Origin: Squalus acanthias
Lineage: Eukaryota
Reading direction: 5' to 3'
Assembly: GCA_030390025.1 (NCBI GenBank)
Contig: CM059438.1
Location: 63,986,001-64,050,000, forward strand
DNA length: 64,000 bases
Numbering within the stretch: position 1 is the first letter of the stretch; the number at the start of each line of letters is the position of its first letter. A program made the position numbers and the translations under genes. Shown piece after piece: positions 12,175 through 25,345 of this stretch. The notes under the pieces were generated by a model. That model saw nothing but the letters and a program-made list of their open reading frames with translations. It was not told the origin of the DNA and made no database searches.

Positions 12175-13171
12175 ATGTTGCCCCTCGGCGACAGCATCCG
12201 AAAACACAACGTCAGGTTGCACATGTACGCAGACGACACTCAGCTCTACCTCACCAACACCTCTCTCAACCCCTCCACTGTCTCTAAATTGTCAGACTGC
12301 TTGTCCGACATCCAGTACTGGATGATCAGAAATTTTCTCCAACTAAATATTGTCCCCGCCACAAACTCTGTTCCCTAGTCACCGAATCCACCCCTCTCCC
12401 TGGCAGCTGTCTGAGGCTGAACCAGACTGTTCGCAACCTTGGTGTCACATTTGACCCCGAGATGAACTTCCGACCTCATATCTGCGCCATCACCAAGACC
12501 GCCTACTTCCACCTCCATAACATCACCTGGCTCCACCCCTGCCTCAGCTCATCTGCTGCTGAATCCCTCATCGATGCCTTTGTTACCTCGAGACTTGACT
12601 ATTCCAATGCACTCCTGGCTGGCCTCCCATCTTCCACCCTCCATAAACTTGAACTCATCCAAAACTCTGCTGCCGGTATTCCAACTCGCACCAAGGCCCG
12701 TTCACCCATCACCCCTGTGCTCGCTGACCTACCTTGGCTCCCGGTTAAGCAACGCATCAATTTCAAAATTCTCATCCTTGTTTTCAAATCCCTCCAGAGC
12801 CTCGCCCGTCCCTATCTCTGTAATCTCCTTCAGCCCCACAACCCCCCGAGATATCTGCGCTCCTCAAATTCTGCCCTCTTGCGCATCCCTGATTATAATC
12901 GCTCAAACATTGGTGGCCTGTGCATTCTGTTGCCTAGGCCCTAAGCTCTGGAACTCCCTCCCTAAACCTCTCCGCCTCGCGACCTCTGTTTCCTCCTTTT
13001 AGACGCTCCTTAAAACCTACCTCTTTGACCAAGCTTTTGGTCATCTACCCTAATATCTCCCTATGTAGCTTGGCGTCAAATTTTTGTCTTTTATAATACT
13101 CCTGTGAAGCGCCTTGGGACGTTTTACTACGTTAAAGGCGCTCTATAAATACAAGTTGTTGTTGTTGTTGT
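12175..13171 (+). mobile_element. L2-clade LINE 3' part
   Basis: LPLGDSIRKH..HMYADDTQLY, AFVTSRLDYSNALL, ITPVLADLPWLPV..FKIL; (GTT)n tail. Confidence 0.9.
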
Positions 13172-13677
13172 TTAAGCTTGCTGGCTCACTCGGGGTGTCA
13201 GATCTTGTCTATGAAATCTTTAGGATGATTGATTGCTTTATTTCATTGTGAAGGGCGCAGTTTTTGAGTTCTTATGTCCCAGCTTGATCCTCAAGGGGAC
13301 AGGGGATATCTGCAGTATTTTCTTTTTGTATCTCATTTGTCGGTTCTTCCTCTTGCACTGCGCTACAGAACTGAGCATGTAAAATCTCCGCCGTGTAAAC
13401 TACACTTCTGCTATGGGCAGTGGTCCAGGTTTAGTATTACTCGGAAAGTTATTATTTTTGTATCCAAGGAATTGTACGTTAAATGTTTTGGTATCAGATG
13501 AAATCCACTGTGTTAATCTTTTGCTGCAGTTTAATTATTACTCTCGGTAAACTTGATTCATGGTGGTTTGAAGTTGAAGTCTGATTGTTTGCTTATTCTT
13601 CTGTTATTCGAAGGCTAGAAGAACATGGCCGTTCTCATGTCACTCCTGTGAACAAGTTACAATAACAACCACGGTCT

Positions 13678-14086
13678 TGCAAACATTCACTCCCTCCACC
13701 ACCAGCGTACCATGGCTGCAGTGTGTACCATCTACAAGATGCACTGCAGCAACTCGCCAAGGCTTCTTCGGCAGCACCTCCCAAACCCGCGACCTCTACC
13801 ACCTAGAAGGACAAGGGCAGCAGGCGCATGGGAACACCACCACCTCCAAGTTCCCCTCCAAGTCACACACCATCCTGACTTGGAAGTATATCGCTGATCC
13901 TTCATCGTCGCTGGGTCAAAATCCTGGAACTCCCTCCCTAACAGCACTGTGGGAGTACCATCACCACAAGGACTGCAGCGGTTCAAGAAGGCGGCTCACC
14001 ACCACCTTCTCAAGGGCAACTAGGGGTGGGCAATAAATGCTGGCCTTGCCAGCGACACCCAGATCCCATAAGCGAATAAAAATAAA
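13678..14086 (+). mobile_element. 3' fragment of the tRNA-headed CR1-group LINE family
   Basis: AAVCTIYKMHCSNSPRLLRQHLP; tail GGGCAATAAATGCTGGCCTTGCCAGCGAC..AATAAAAA as at 16193-19120. Confidence 0.88.
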
Positions 14087-15147
14087 CTCTGGGCTATGGT
14101 ACATTATTAGATACTGTGCCTCTAAGGTCACAGTTCAATTCATAGGGCGTGAGGGTTCGCTTACGAGAGTGGTCGTTGATACTGAGCGCAAGGGAAGTGT
14201 CTGGTAATGTGGAGCATCTGGATCCAGTTCCTGTTGAGATATTATGTATGTGAAGTTGAAGATTCTTATCAGGAAGCCTCTCTCTCTGGAGATCAGCTGT
14301 CAAAATTAAGCAGAGCCCAGATGTGGTTCCTTATGCACTTGAGTGGTAGAAATGATTATTATCCTGATTCAACTTGGGAAATGAATCCTCAAGTCCAAAC
14401 ATGCCATTCCAAATTTAGCTCTCGATATGGCAATCACTCTCACATTCAGTGATATGATCTATCATTAATCCGTCTGAGTAAAGACGAACTCCCAAGTACA
14501 CAAAATATCTTCTTCAAGCTTTAGGAAATAAGCCGTTATGGAACAACTTATCGCGTGGTCCCTTTTTCAGTGAGGGATTGCCTGATAAGTGCTGGGTAAA
14601 ATGGGATACTTGCTTTGAGTGTGAGGCGCAAAAGAGTGCAAAGGTCAGTCTATCAAGTGAACCAGCAGTCAGTCCTACCTCCAGAGCCACATCCAAGAGG
14701 AATTCTGTATCCGACCCATTACGCAACTCTATCTGGGCTCGGATGCTATTGATTAAGTGTCCTTACCGGTGTTAGTCAGAACCTGGCAGTGAATGTAACC
14801 ATGCTACAACTTTCATAAATCTTTCTGTGATGTATTCTCCGGTCCCAAGACCTGAGATCAATATTTTGCAGATCTGTTTGTGCAGGAAGCGATTAAAGGT
14901 TACATTTTGGATATGGATACAGTACACTCCTTTTGAACATCCCCGATAGAAATCCAATCGTTATATAAAACAAGGTTTGATTTTACCTCCTTCTAAGGGT
15001 AATTTCATCGATCCCACACTCCATGGGGAACTCCACACAAAGAGAGCATGTGTTCGAGACAGGGCTACCGCATTGCTGAAGTGATTCTCCGACTTGTGAG
15101 GAGGTGAGAACTACAACCCGCTCAGAATGGTGAATTTCAGAAAAGGG

Positions 15148-15345
15148 AGCATTTCAGAGATTAGAGCCCAGGCAGCTGAAGGCACGGCTGCCAATTATGG
15201 AGTGATGAAAATCAAGAATGTGCAAAAGGCCAGAATTGGAGGAGCGCGGAGATCTCGGAGGGTTGTCAGTCTGGAGGAGGTTACAGAGATAGGGAGTGGC
15301 GAGGCCATGGAGGGATTTGAACACAAGAATGAGAATTAAATATTT
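15148..15345 (-). mobile_element. L2 LINE fragment
   Basis: ILILVFKSLHGLATPYLCNLLQ..RAFSC, similar to 12770-12950. Confidence 0.8.
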
Positions 15346-16192
15346 TAAAACACGCATTGTTTTGGAGAGTCGCTGCTCCACAGGGGGTCTCGCAGGCCTT
15401 CCTTTTAGTCAGCCTGGGTTTTGAAACAGATTTCTGCAAGACAGCAATGGCTGAGAGAAGTTTAGAATACAGGAGAGATTGTCATTCATTTTGTTGGTAG
15501 CAAGCCAGATGACCACTAATGTGGGGAAGCGTTGTACGTTCATTATATTGTATTATTATGTGAACACAAGTTGTATTCATTGACGGGCCAAATGGCCTCC
15601 TTCTGTGCTGTAACCATTCTATGATAAGTAAGTGAATCTGATCAAAGCACTTACTCTGTTACATTCATTTGCTGTGAAATAAAATAACTTCATGATTTGT
15701 ATCAAGCTTCGTGTCACCTAGTGCTTGCTCAGTTGGGCTTCAGAGAGAGACTGAACAAATACACGTGCAAAAGACACAGACATCCAGTTCAGGTTACAAG
15801 GGAGTACTATTGTTACACTCCTGCATATTGTTATCGTACAAATAGATATAGGGTAGCGGAGGAGTAAACTCCCATAACAGTTAAATGCTCAGACTGCTGA
15901 CAGGAGTGACTGATGCCACTGAAACCACGGAGGTATATAATAATGGCGACTACCTTTAGAAGAGGAAGTGAGAACATTTGTGCTAGGGTGAGAGTAGGGA
16001 GGGACAAAATGCTTTACAGTCAGAAGCCCTTTCAAATCTCCCTTTACTGACAACAAATGCATATTCATTTACCCATGAGTTAGCCCATATTGTGCTCATT
16101 TGTAAAGTCTGGCGAAGTCAGCCAGTACATTGTTTCAAACAGTGCACAGAGGTCTAAGTAGGATGCAGTCCATTCTTAATTAATGTAAAGTA

Positions 16193-19120
16193 CGGGAACG
16201 GTAGCATCGTGATAATGTTACTGGACTAGTAATCTAGAGGCCTGGACTAATGATCCAGAAACGTGAGTTCAAATCCCACCACAGCAGCTAAGAAATTTAA
16301 ATTCAGTTCATTGAATAAATCAGGAATTAAAAAAGCTAGTATCTGAGTGCTCTGCAGCAGAACTTGGATTGTCGAAAAAACCCATCTGGTTCACTACTGC
16401 CCCTTAGGGAAAGAAATCTGCCGTCCTTACCTGGTCTGGTCTATATGTAACTCCAGACCCACAGCAATGTGGTTGACTCTTAACTGCCCTCTGAAATGGC
16501 CTAGCAAGCCACTCAGTTGTAACAAACTGCACAATAATAAGAATAAAACCAGACAGACCACCCGGCACCGGCTATGGACAGGACAACAGCACGCCCAGTA
16601 GACCCTGCAAAGTCCTCCTCACTAACATCAGGGGACTTGCGCCAAAATTTGGAGCACTGTCCCACAGACTAGTCAAGCAACAGCCTGACGTAGTCATACT
16701 CACAGAATCATTTCAGCCAATGTCCTCCATCACCATCCCTGGGCATGTCCTGTCCCACCGGCAGGATAGACCCACCAGGGGTGGTGGCACAAGTGGTATA
16801 CAGTTGGGAAGGAGTGGCACTGGGAGTCCTCAGCATTGACTCATGGCTTCAGGTAGGGGCATAATTACCACCTACCGCCCTCCCTCAGCTGATCAATCAG
16901 TACTCCACCATGTTGAACACCACTTGGAAGAAGCACTGAGAGTAGAAAGGGCACAGAATGTACTCTGGGTGGGGGAACAAAGTCCCATCTTCACATTGAA
17001 GACACCCTCCATCATGTGGCACTACCACCGTGCTAAATGGGATAGATTCAGAACAGATCTAGCAGCTCAAAACTGGGCATCCATGAGGCGCAGCAGCAGA
17101 ATTGTTCCACCACAATCTGTAACCTCATGGCCCGGTATATCCCTCAGTCTACCATTACAGTCAAGCCAGGGTACCAACCCTGGTTCAAGAAGGAGTGTAG
17201 AAGAGCCATGCCAGGAGCAGCACCAGGTGTACCTAAACATGAGGTGCCAACCTGGGGAAGCTGCAACACAAGACTACATGCATGCTAAAAAGCAGAAGCA
17301 AACGCTAAGCGATCCCACAATCAATGGATCAGATCAAAGCTCTGCAGTCCCGTCACATCCAGTCGTGAATGGAGGCTCCATGAATATCCCCATCCTCAAT
17401 GATGGTGGAGCCCAGCACGTGAGTGCCAAAGACAAGGCTGAAGCGTTTGCAACCATCTTCAGCCAGAAGTGCCGAGTGGATGATCCATACCGGCCTCCTC
17501 CTGAGGTCCCCACCATCATAGAAGCCAGTCTTCAGAAAATTTGATTCACTGCACGTGATATCAAGAAACGGCTGAGCGCACTGGATACAGCAAAGGCTCT
17601 GGGCCCCGACAACATCCCGGTTGTTGTGCTGAAGACTTGTGCTCCAGAACTAGCCGCGTCTCTAGCCAAGCTGTTCCAGTACAGCTATAACACTGACATC
17701 TATCCAACAATGCGGAAAAATGCCCAGGTATGTCCTGTCCACAAAAAGCAGGACAAATCCAATCCGGCCAATTAACGCCACATCAGTCTACTCTCAATCA
17801 GCAGCAAAGTGATGGAAGGTATCGTTGACAATGCTATCCATCGGCACTTACTCACCAACAACCTGCTCACTGATGCCCAGTTTGGGTTCCGCCAAGACCA
17901 CTTGGCTCCAGACCTCATTACAGCCTTGGTCCAAACATGGACAAAGGAGCTGAATTCCTGAGGTGAGAGTGACTGCCCTTGACATCAAGGCAGCATTTGA
18001 CTGAGTGTGGCATCAAGGAGCCCTAGTAAAACTGAAGTCAATAGGAAACAGGGGGAAAACTCTCCAATGGCTGGAGTCATACCTAGCACAAAGGAAGATG
18101 GTTGTGGTGGTTGGAGGTCAATCATCACAGCTACAGGAGTTCCTCAGGCCAGTGTCCAATGCCCAACCATCTTCAGCTGCTTCATCAATGACCTTCCCTC
18201 CAACATAAGTTCAGAAATGGGGATGTTCGCTGATGACTGCACAGTGTTGAGTGCCATTCGCAACTCCTCAGATAATGAAGCAGTCCATACCTGCATGCAA
18301 CAAGACCTGAACTACATTCAGGCTTGGGCTGATAAGTGGCAGTAACATACGCGCCACACAAGTGCCAGGCAATGACTATCTCCAACAAGCGAGAGTCTAA
18401 CCACCGCCCCTTGACATTCAACGGCATTACCATCGCTTAATCCCCCACCATCAACATCCTGGGGGTCACCATTAACCAGAAACTTAACTGGACCAGCCAC
18501 ATAAATACTGTGGCAACAACTGCAAGCCAGAGGCTAGGTATTCTGCAGCGAGTGTCTCACTTCCTGACTCCCCAAAGCTTTTCCACCATCTACAAGGCAC
18601 AAGTAAGGAGTGTGATGGAATACTCTCCACTTGCCTGGATGAGTGCAGCTCCAACAACACTCAAGAAGCTCAACACCATCCAGGACAAAGCAGCCTGCTT
18701 GATTGGCCACCCCATCTATCACCTTAAACATTCACTCCCTCTACCACCGGCATACCGTGGCTGCAATGTGTACCATCTACAAGATGCACTGCAGCAACTT
18801 GCCAAGGCTTCTTCGGCAGCACCTCCCAAACCCACAAAATCTACCACCTAGAAGGACAAGGGCAACATGTGCATGGGAACACCAGCACCTCCAAGTTCCC
18901 CTCAAAGTCACACACCATCCTGACTTAGAAGTATATCGCCGATCCTTCATCGTTGCTGGGTCAAAATCCTAGAACTCCCTGCCTAACAGCACTGTGGGAG
19001 TACCTTCACCACACGGACTGCAGCGGTTCACCACCACCTTCTCAAGGGCAATTAGGGATGGGCAATAAATGCTGGCCTTGCCAGCGACACACAGATCCCA
19101 TGAACGAATAAAAAAAAACA
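16193..19120 (+). mobile_element. Single-ORF (APE-RT) CR1-group LINE with tRNA-like 5' head, decayed with internal deletions
   Basis: A-box TAGCATCGTG and B-box GAGTTCAAATCCC at 16202-16277; APE start VLLTNIRGL..PDVVILTES, TYRPPS; RT GPDNIP, QFGFR, LDIKAAFD, MFADDCT; AATAAA-containing tail. Confidence 0.85.
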
Positions 19121-21107
19121 TAAGGGGAGAAATTTGTATGGTTTGTGCCACACATTAGCGCCATGAGATGGCGCTAAAACGGCGTTGAGAGCTCCAACGA
19201 CATCTGATGCCAGTTCCAGTGTCACACGCCATATCGGTCTTGCCGGTAGCGCTTTCGCTGAACTCAATCGCCAGGGACCTTGCCATCACAGAGATCATGA
19301 CGTCATTGTGTGTGCAATGCTCACTTCATGCATGATCTCCCAACTTCATAGAAACATAGAAGATAGGAGCAGGAGTAGGCCATTCGGCCCCTCGAGCCTG
19401 CTCCGCCATTTAATGAGAACATGGCTGATCATCCAAATTCAGTACCCTGTCCCTGCTTTCTCCCCATATCCCTTGATCACTTTAGCCTTAAGAAATATAT
19501 CTAACTCCTTCTTGAATATATTTAATGAATTGGCCTCAACTGCCTTCTGTGGTAGAGAATTCCACAGGTTCACCACTCTCTGGGTGAAGAAATTCCTCCT
19601 CATCTCTGTCCTAAATGGCTTACCCCTTATCCTTAGACTGTGACCCCTGGTTCTGGACTCCCCCGCCTTCAGGAACATCCTTCCTGCATCTAGTCTGTCT
19701 AGTCCTGTTAGAATTTTATAAGTTTCAATGAGATCCCCTCTCATTCTTCTAAACTCCAGCGAATATAAGCCCAATCGACCCAATCTCTCCTCATACGTCA
19801 TTCCTGCCACCCCAGGTATCAGCCTGGTGAATCTTCGCTGCACTCCCTCCATGGCAAGAACATCCTTCCTCAGATAAGGCGACCAAAACTGCACACAATA
19901 CTCAAGGTGTGGTCTCACCAAGGCCCTGTACAACTGCAGCAAGACATCCTTGCTCCTGTACTCGAATCCTCTTGCCAACATACCATTTGCCTTCTTAACC
20001 GCCTGCTGCACCTGCACGCTTACCTTCAGCGACTAGTGCACAAGGGCACCCAGGTCTCGTTGCACTTCCCCTTCTCCCAATCTATTGCCATTCAGATAAT
20101 AATCTGCCTTCCTGTTTTTGCCACCAAAGTGGATAACCTCGCATTTATCCACATTATACTGCATCTACCATGCATCTGCCCAATCACCCAACCTGTCCAA
20201 ATCATACTGGAGTTTCTCTGCATCCTCCTCACAGCACACACGCCCACCCAGCTTTGCGTCGTCTGCAAACTTGGAGATATTACATCTAGTTCCCTCGTCT
20301 AGATCATTAATATATATTGTGAATAGCTGGGGTCCTAGCACCGATCCCTGCGGTAACCCACTAGTCACTGCCTGCCACTTGGAAAAAGACCCGTTTATTC
20401 CAACTCTTTGCTTCCTGTCTGCCAACCAGTTCTCTATCCAAGTCAATACCTTACCCCAATCCCATGTGCTTTAACTTAGCACGCTAATCTCTTATGCGGG
20501 ACCTTATCGAAAGCCTTCTGAAAGTCCAAATACACCACATCCACTGGTTCTCCCTTATCTATTCTACCAGTTACATCCTCAAAAATTTCCAGTAGATTAG
20601 TCAAGCATGATTTACTTTTTGTAAATCCATGTTGACTTTGTCTGATCCTGTCACTGTTTTCCAAGTGCTCTGCTATTACATCTTTTATAATAGACTCTAG
20701 CATTTTCCCCACTACCGATGTCAGGCTTACCGGTCTATAATTCCCCATTTTCACTCTACCACCTTTTTTAAATAGTGGGGTTACATTAGCTACCCTCCAA
20801 TCCATGGGAACTGTGCCAGAATCTATAGAATTTCGGAAGATGACCAGCAATGCATCTACTATGTCTAGGGCCACTTCCTTAAGTACTCGAGGATGTAGAT
20901 CATCAGGCCCTGGGGATTTATCGACCTTCAATCCCATCAATTTCCCAAACACCATTTCCCTACAAATACTGATTTCATTCAGTTCCCCCCTCTCATTAGA
21001 CCCTATGTTCCCCAACATCTCTGGGAGGTTATTTGTGTCCTCCTTTGTGAAGACAGAACCAAAGTATGTATTTAATTGGTCAGCCATTTCTTTGTTCCCC
21101 ATTATAA

Positions 21108-21529
21108 TGTGAAACTAGAACTAGGGGGCATAATCTTAGAATAAGGGGCTGCTCTTTCAAAACTGAGATGAGGAGAAACTTCTTCACTCAGAGGGTAGTA
21201 GGTCTGTGGAATTTGCTGCCCCAGGAAGCTGTGGAAGCTACATCATTAAATAAATTTAAAACAGAAATAGATAGCTTCCTAGAGGTAAAGGGAATTAGGG
21301 GTTACGGTGAGCGGGCAGGAAATTGGACATGAGGCTGAGTTCGGATCGGTCAGGGCCCTGTGGGTGGCTGAGCGGGCCCAGGGGTTGAGTGGCCGGGTCC
21401 TGCTCCTACTTCTTGTGTTCTTTAGATTTGAGGTTAGGATCAGATCAGCGATGATCTTATTGAATGGCGGAGCAGGCTCGAGGGGCCAATTGGCCTACTC
21501 CTGCTCCTATTTCTTATGTTCTTATGTTC
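21108..21529 (+). mobile_element. CR1 3' fragment nested antisense in the CR1 ORF2
   Basis: RGHNLRIR..FFTQRVVGLWN; (TTCTTATG)n tail; TTATAA duplication at both ends. Confidence 0.85.
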
Positions 21530-22840
21530 TTATAAATTCCCCTGATTCTGACTGCAAAGGACCTACGCTTGACTTCACCAATCTTTTTATCTTCACATAT
21601 CTATAGAAGCTTGTACAGTCAGTTTTTATGTTCCCTGCAAGTTTACTCTCATACTCTATTTCCCCCCTCTTAATTAATCCTTTTGTCCTCCTTTGCTGAA
21701 GCCTAAACTGCTCCTAATCCTCAGGTTTGCTGCTTTTTCTGGCCAATTTATATGTCCTCTCCTTGGATCTTATGCTATCCCTAATTTCCCTTGTTAGCCA
21801 TGGTTGCGCCACCTTTTTTGTTTTATTTTTAAGCCAGACAGGAATGAACAAATTCTGTAGTTCATCCATGCAATCTTTAAATGTTTGCCATTGCCTATCC
21901 ACCATCAACCCTTTAAGTAACGTTCCCCAATCCATCCTAGCCAACTCGCGCCTCATACCATCATAGTTTCCTTTATTTAAATTCAGGACCCTAGTCTCTG
22001 AGTCAACTACTTCACTCTCCATCTTAATGAAGAATTCTATCATATTATGATCGCTCATCCCCAAGGGGCCTCGCACAACAAGATTGCTAATCAATCCTTT
22101 CTCATTACATAATATCCAGTCTAAGATGGCCTGATCTCTAGTTGGTTCCTCGACATATTGGTCCAGGAAACCATCCCGTATACACTCTAGGAATTCCTCC
22201 TCCACAGTATTGTTACTAATTTGGTTAGCCCAATCTATATGTAGATTAAAGTCACCCATGATAACTGCTGTGCCCTTATTGCACGTGTCTCTAATTTCCC
22301 ATTTAATGCCATCCTCAACCTCAGCATTACTCTTAGGGGGTCTGTATACGACTCCCACTAACGTTTTCTGCCTCTTGGTATTTCTCAGCTCGACCCATAC
22401 AGATTCCACATCATCAGAGCTAATATCGTTCCTTAATATTGTGTTAATCCCCTCTTTAACCAGCAATGCTACCCCACCTCCTTTTCCTTTTTGCCTGTCC
22501 TTCCTGAATATTGAATACCCCTGGATGTTGAATTCCCAGCCTTGGTCACCCTGGAGCCATGTCCCCATAATCCCAATTATATGATATCCGTTTACATCTA
22601 TTTGCGCAGCTAATTCTTCCACCTTATTATGAATGCATCTTGCATTAAGACACAAAGCCTTCAGGCTTGTTTTTTTAACACTCTTAGTCCTTTTAGAATT
22701 ATTATTTGCTGTGGCCTTGTTTGATTTACACCCTTGATTTCTCTGCCTTCCACTTTTGCTTTTCTCCTTCCTGTCCTTTGCTTCTATCCTTGCTTCCCTA
22801 TCCTCTGTCTCCCTGCACAGGTTCCCAACCCCCTGCCATT

Positions 22841-23791
22841 TTAGTTTAAACCCTCCCCAACAGCACTAGCAAACACTCCCCCTAGGACATCGGTCCCGGT
22901 CCTGCCCAGGTGCAAACCGTCCAGTTTGTACTGCTCCCACCTCCCCCAGAACCGGTTCCAATGTCCCAGGAATTTGAATCCCTCCCCCTTGCACCATTCC
23001 TCTAGCCACGTATTCATCTGAAATATCCTTCTATTTCTACTCTGACTAGCACCTGGCACTGGTAGTAATCCTGACATTTCTACCTTTGAGATCCTATTTT
23101 TTAATTTACCTTCTAACTCCCTATATTCAGCTTTTAGGACCTCATCCCCTTTTTTACCTATATCGTTGGTACCTATATGCACCACGACAGCTGGCTGTTC
23201 ACCCTCCCCCTCCAGAATGCCCTGCAGCCGATCCGAGACATCCTTGACCCTTGCACCAGGGAGACAACATACCATCCTGGAGTCTCGTTTGCGGCCGCAA
23301 AAACGCCTATCTATTCCCCTTACAATTGAGTCCCCTATCACTATAGCTCTCCCACTCTTTTTCCTCCCGTCCTGTGCAGCAGAACCACCCATGGTTCCAG
23401 GAAATTGGCTACTGCTGCCTTCCCCCGATAAGCCATCTCCCCCAACAATATCCAAAGCGGTATATCTGTTTGAGAGGGGGATGGCCACAGGGGGCCCCTG
23501 CATTACCTGCCTGAGCCTACTACTCTGCCTGGCGGTCACCCATTCCCTTCCTGTCTGTGCAGCCTTTACCTGTGGTGCGACCAACTCCCTAAACATGCTA
23601 TCCACAATGTCCTCAGCATCGCGAATGCTCCAGTATGTATCCATTCGCAGCTCCAGCGCCACAATGCGGTCTGCCAGTAGCTGCAGCTGGATACACTTCC
23701 CGCACACATGGTCGTCAGGGACACAGGAAGTGTCCCTGATTTCCCATATAGTGCAGGAGGAGCATGTCACGGGGCCGAGCTGTGCTGCCAT
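22841..23791 (-). CDS. CR1 ORF1p: zinc finger/leucine zipper + SGNH esterase domain (316 aa, open)
   Basis: CSSC..CGKC, heptad LLADRIVALELRM, IGDSIVR, CLPGA, VHIGTND, DGLHL. Confidence 0.9.
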   Translation of the reverse strand: MAAQLGPVTCSSCTIWEIRDTSCVPDDHVCGKCIQLQLLADRIVALELRMDTYWSIRDAEDIVDSMFRELVAPQVKAAQTGREWVTARQSSRLRQVMQGPPVAIPLSNRYTALDIVGGDGLSGEGSSSQFPGTMGGSAAQDGRKKSGRAIVIGDSIVRGIDRRFCGRKRDSRMVCCLPGARVKDVSDRLQGILEGEGEQPAVVVHIGTNDIGKKGDEVLKAEYRELEGKLKNRISKVEMSGLLPVPGASQSRNRRIFQMNTWLEEWCKGEGFKFLGHWNRFWGRWEQYKLDGLHLGRTGTDVLGGVFASAVGEGLN

Positions 23792-24182
23792 GACTTACCC
23801 TTTAATTAATTCCAATTAAATTAAATCAAATCAATACCACCAATTACACTACAATTAAATGATATACTCAAGGGCCCTCGTTTACTAGCACCCCCCGCTA
23901 CACAACAGAGACCTTAGAAACTATAAACCACAAAAATTAAGTTTGTTACGGTCAATTAACTTATCGGCTGGAGGAAACAACGACAGCTTCCAGTGACGCT
24001 ATTTAAAGGGATCATCACCAATCACTCGCACCTGACAGGGTTTTGCAGTTTGAGTGGCTGGGTGCTACTTCCTGCTACTGCAAGAGTTTTCTTTAGTCAT
24101 TTCAAGGTTCTTTGGTATCAGGGAGTATTGTGGCAAATACAAAACTCCATAATTATTTCTGAAAAGCTTCAACCTACAAAAC

Positions 24183-25345
24183 TTGCTGAAAGTCATGGGG
24201 TCTGTACTGGCAGTGGACCTCACCCTCCAGGATGTATGGCAGAGGCAGCGAGAAATACGGGAACATGTTCCCAGAGAGAGGACAAGGGCCATCAGGGCTC
24301 TCAACAGGAGGCCTTACCCTCCTATGGTCTTCCGACATCACTTCTCCTACCTTCAATTAAGCCAGGAGCAGTGTATTAGAAGGCTCCACTTCACCAAGGA
24401 GGTGGTCACAGAACTCTGCCACCTCCTGCAACCAGACCTCCAGCCTCAGACCAGGGGTCTCCCAGTGGCAGTCAAGGTCATCGTGGCCCTCAATTTCTTT
24501 ACCAGCGGATCCTTCCAGACTGCAGCAGGAGACATATCTAACATCTCACAGTTCGCCGTCCATCGCTGCATCCGGGAGGTCTCTGAGGCTCTCTACAGCA
24601 GGAGAAGGGACTACATTGGCTTCTCGATCACCAGAGAGAAGCAGGACGAATGTGCATGTGGCTTTGCCAGGATAGCGGTCTTCCCCACGGTGCAGGGCGC
24701 CATTGACTGCACCCACGTGGGCTTGTGAGCACCTCATAACAATCTTAAGATCTTCCGTAACTGCAAAGGCTACCACTCACTTAATGTGCAGTTGGTGTGT
24801 AACCACACACAGCGAATCCTCAATGTCAATGCCCGCTATCCAGGCAGCAGCCATGATGCCTTCATCCTGCGCCAGACCAGTGTGCCAGCAATCTTCCAGC
24901 CACCACATCAAGCTTGCGGCTGGCTGCTCGGAGACAAGGGCTATCCACTCTCCACCTGGCTCATGACTCCCCTCCGCAACCCCAACACTCATATAATGAG
25001 AGCCGTGCTGCCACAAGGAACATCATCAAGCAGACCACTGGCCTCCTGAAGCAACGGTTCTGCTGCCTTCACCGCTCGGAGCGGGTTTCCCATTTCGTGG
25101 TGGTCTGCTGCATGCTCCACAACTTGGCCATCATGATGGCCCAACCCTCGCCACCAGGGATTGCAGGACCACCTCAGGAGGACGACGATCAGTGGAGAAT
25201 AAGGAGGAGGATGAGGAGGAAGAGGTCGAGGAGGAAGAGGACAAGGAGGAGGAGGAACAGGAGGGCAGGCGGAGGCAGTGAGACAATTGGCCTTCTGGAC
25301 GGGCTGTCCGTGACCGGCTCATCAGATTCCGATTCGTATGAATGA
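24183..25345 (+). pseudogene. Harbinger DDE transposase pseudogene
   Basis: [73 protein letters not shown]; stops and frameshifts. Confidence 0.92.

Larger units (their letters stand above)
13200..15450 (-). pseudogene. Putative large terminal exon of an unidentified pseudogene, interrupted by two LINE fragments
   Basis: Acceptor TTCTAAACTTCTCTCAG at 15451; ORFs 14772-14957, 14514-14726 and 14094-14303 share one frame (8 stops in about 350 codons by hand); AATAAA at 13237-13242 on the minus strand. Confidence 0.5.
19347..23957 (-). mobile_element. Near full-length CR1 LINE (ORF1 intact, ORF2 disrupted)
   Basis: ORF1 22841-23791; APE 21714-22655 (NAR, YRPP, MGDFN, SDHN); RT 19439-21102 (YRPVSLTS, YLDFQKAFDKV, PQGSVLGP, KFADD); TTCTATG tail; possible TSD AACTT. 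Confidence 0.93.

Noticed and set aside
14094..15147. Assignment to Mononegavirales L capping domain, GREB1 or C1orf127/ZP-N
   Set aside because: Only short scattered resemblances without correct motif spacing; left unidentified
24183..25345. Domesticated HARBI1 or MSANTD/NAIF1 host genes
   Set aside because: Stops and frameshifts, several copies, TIR context indicate transposon remnants
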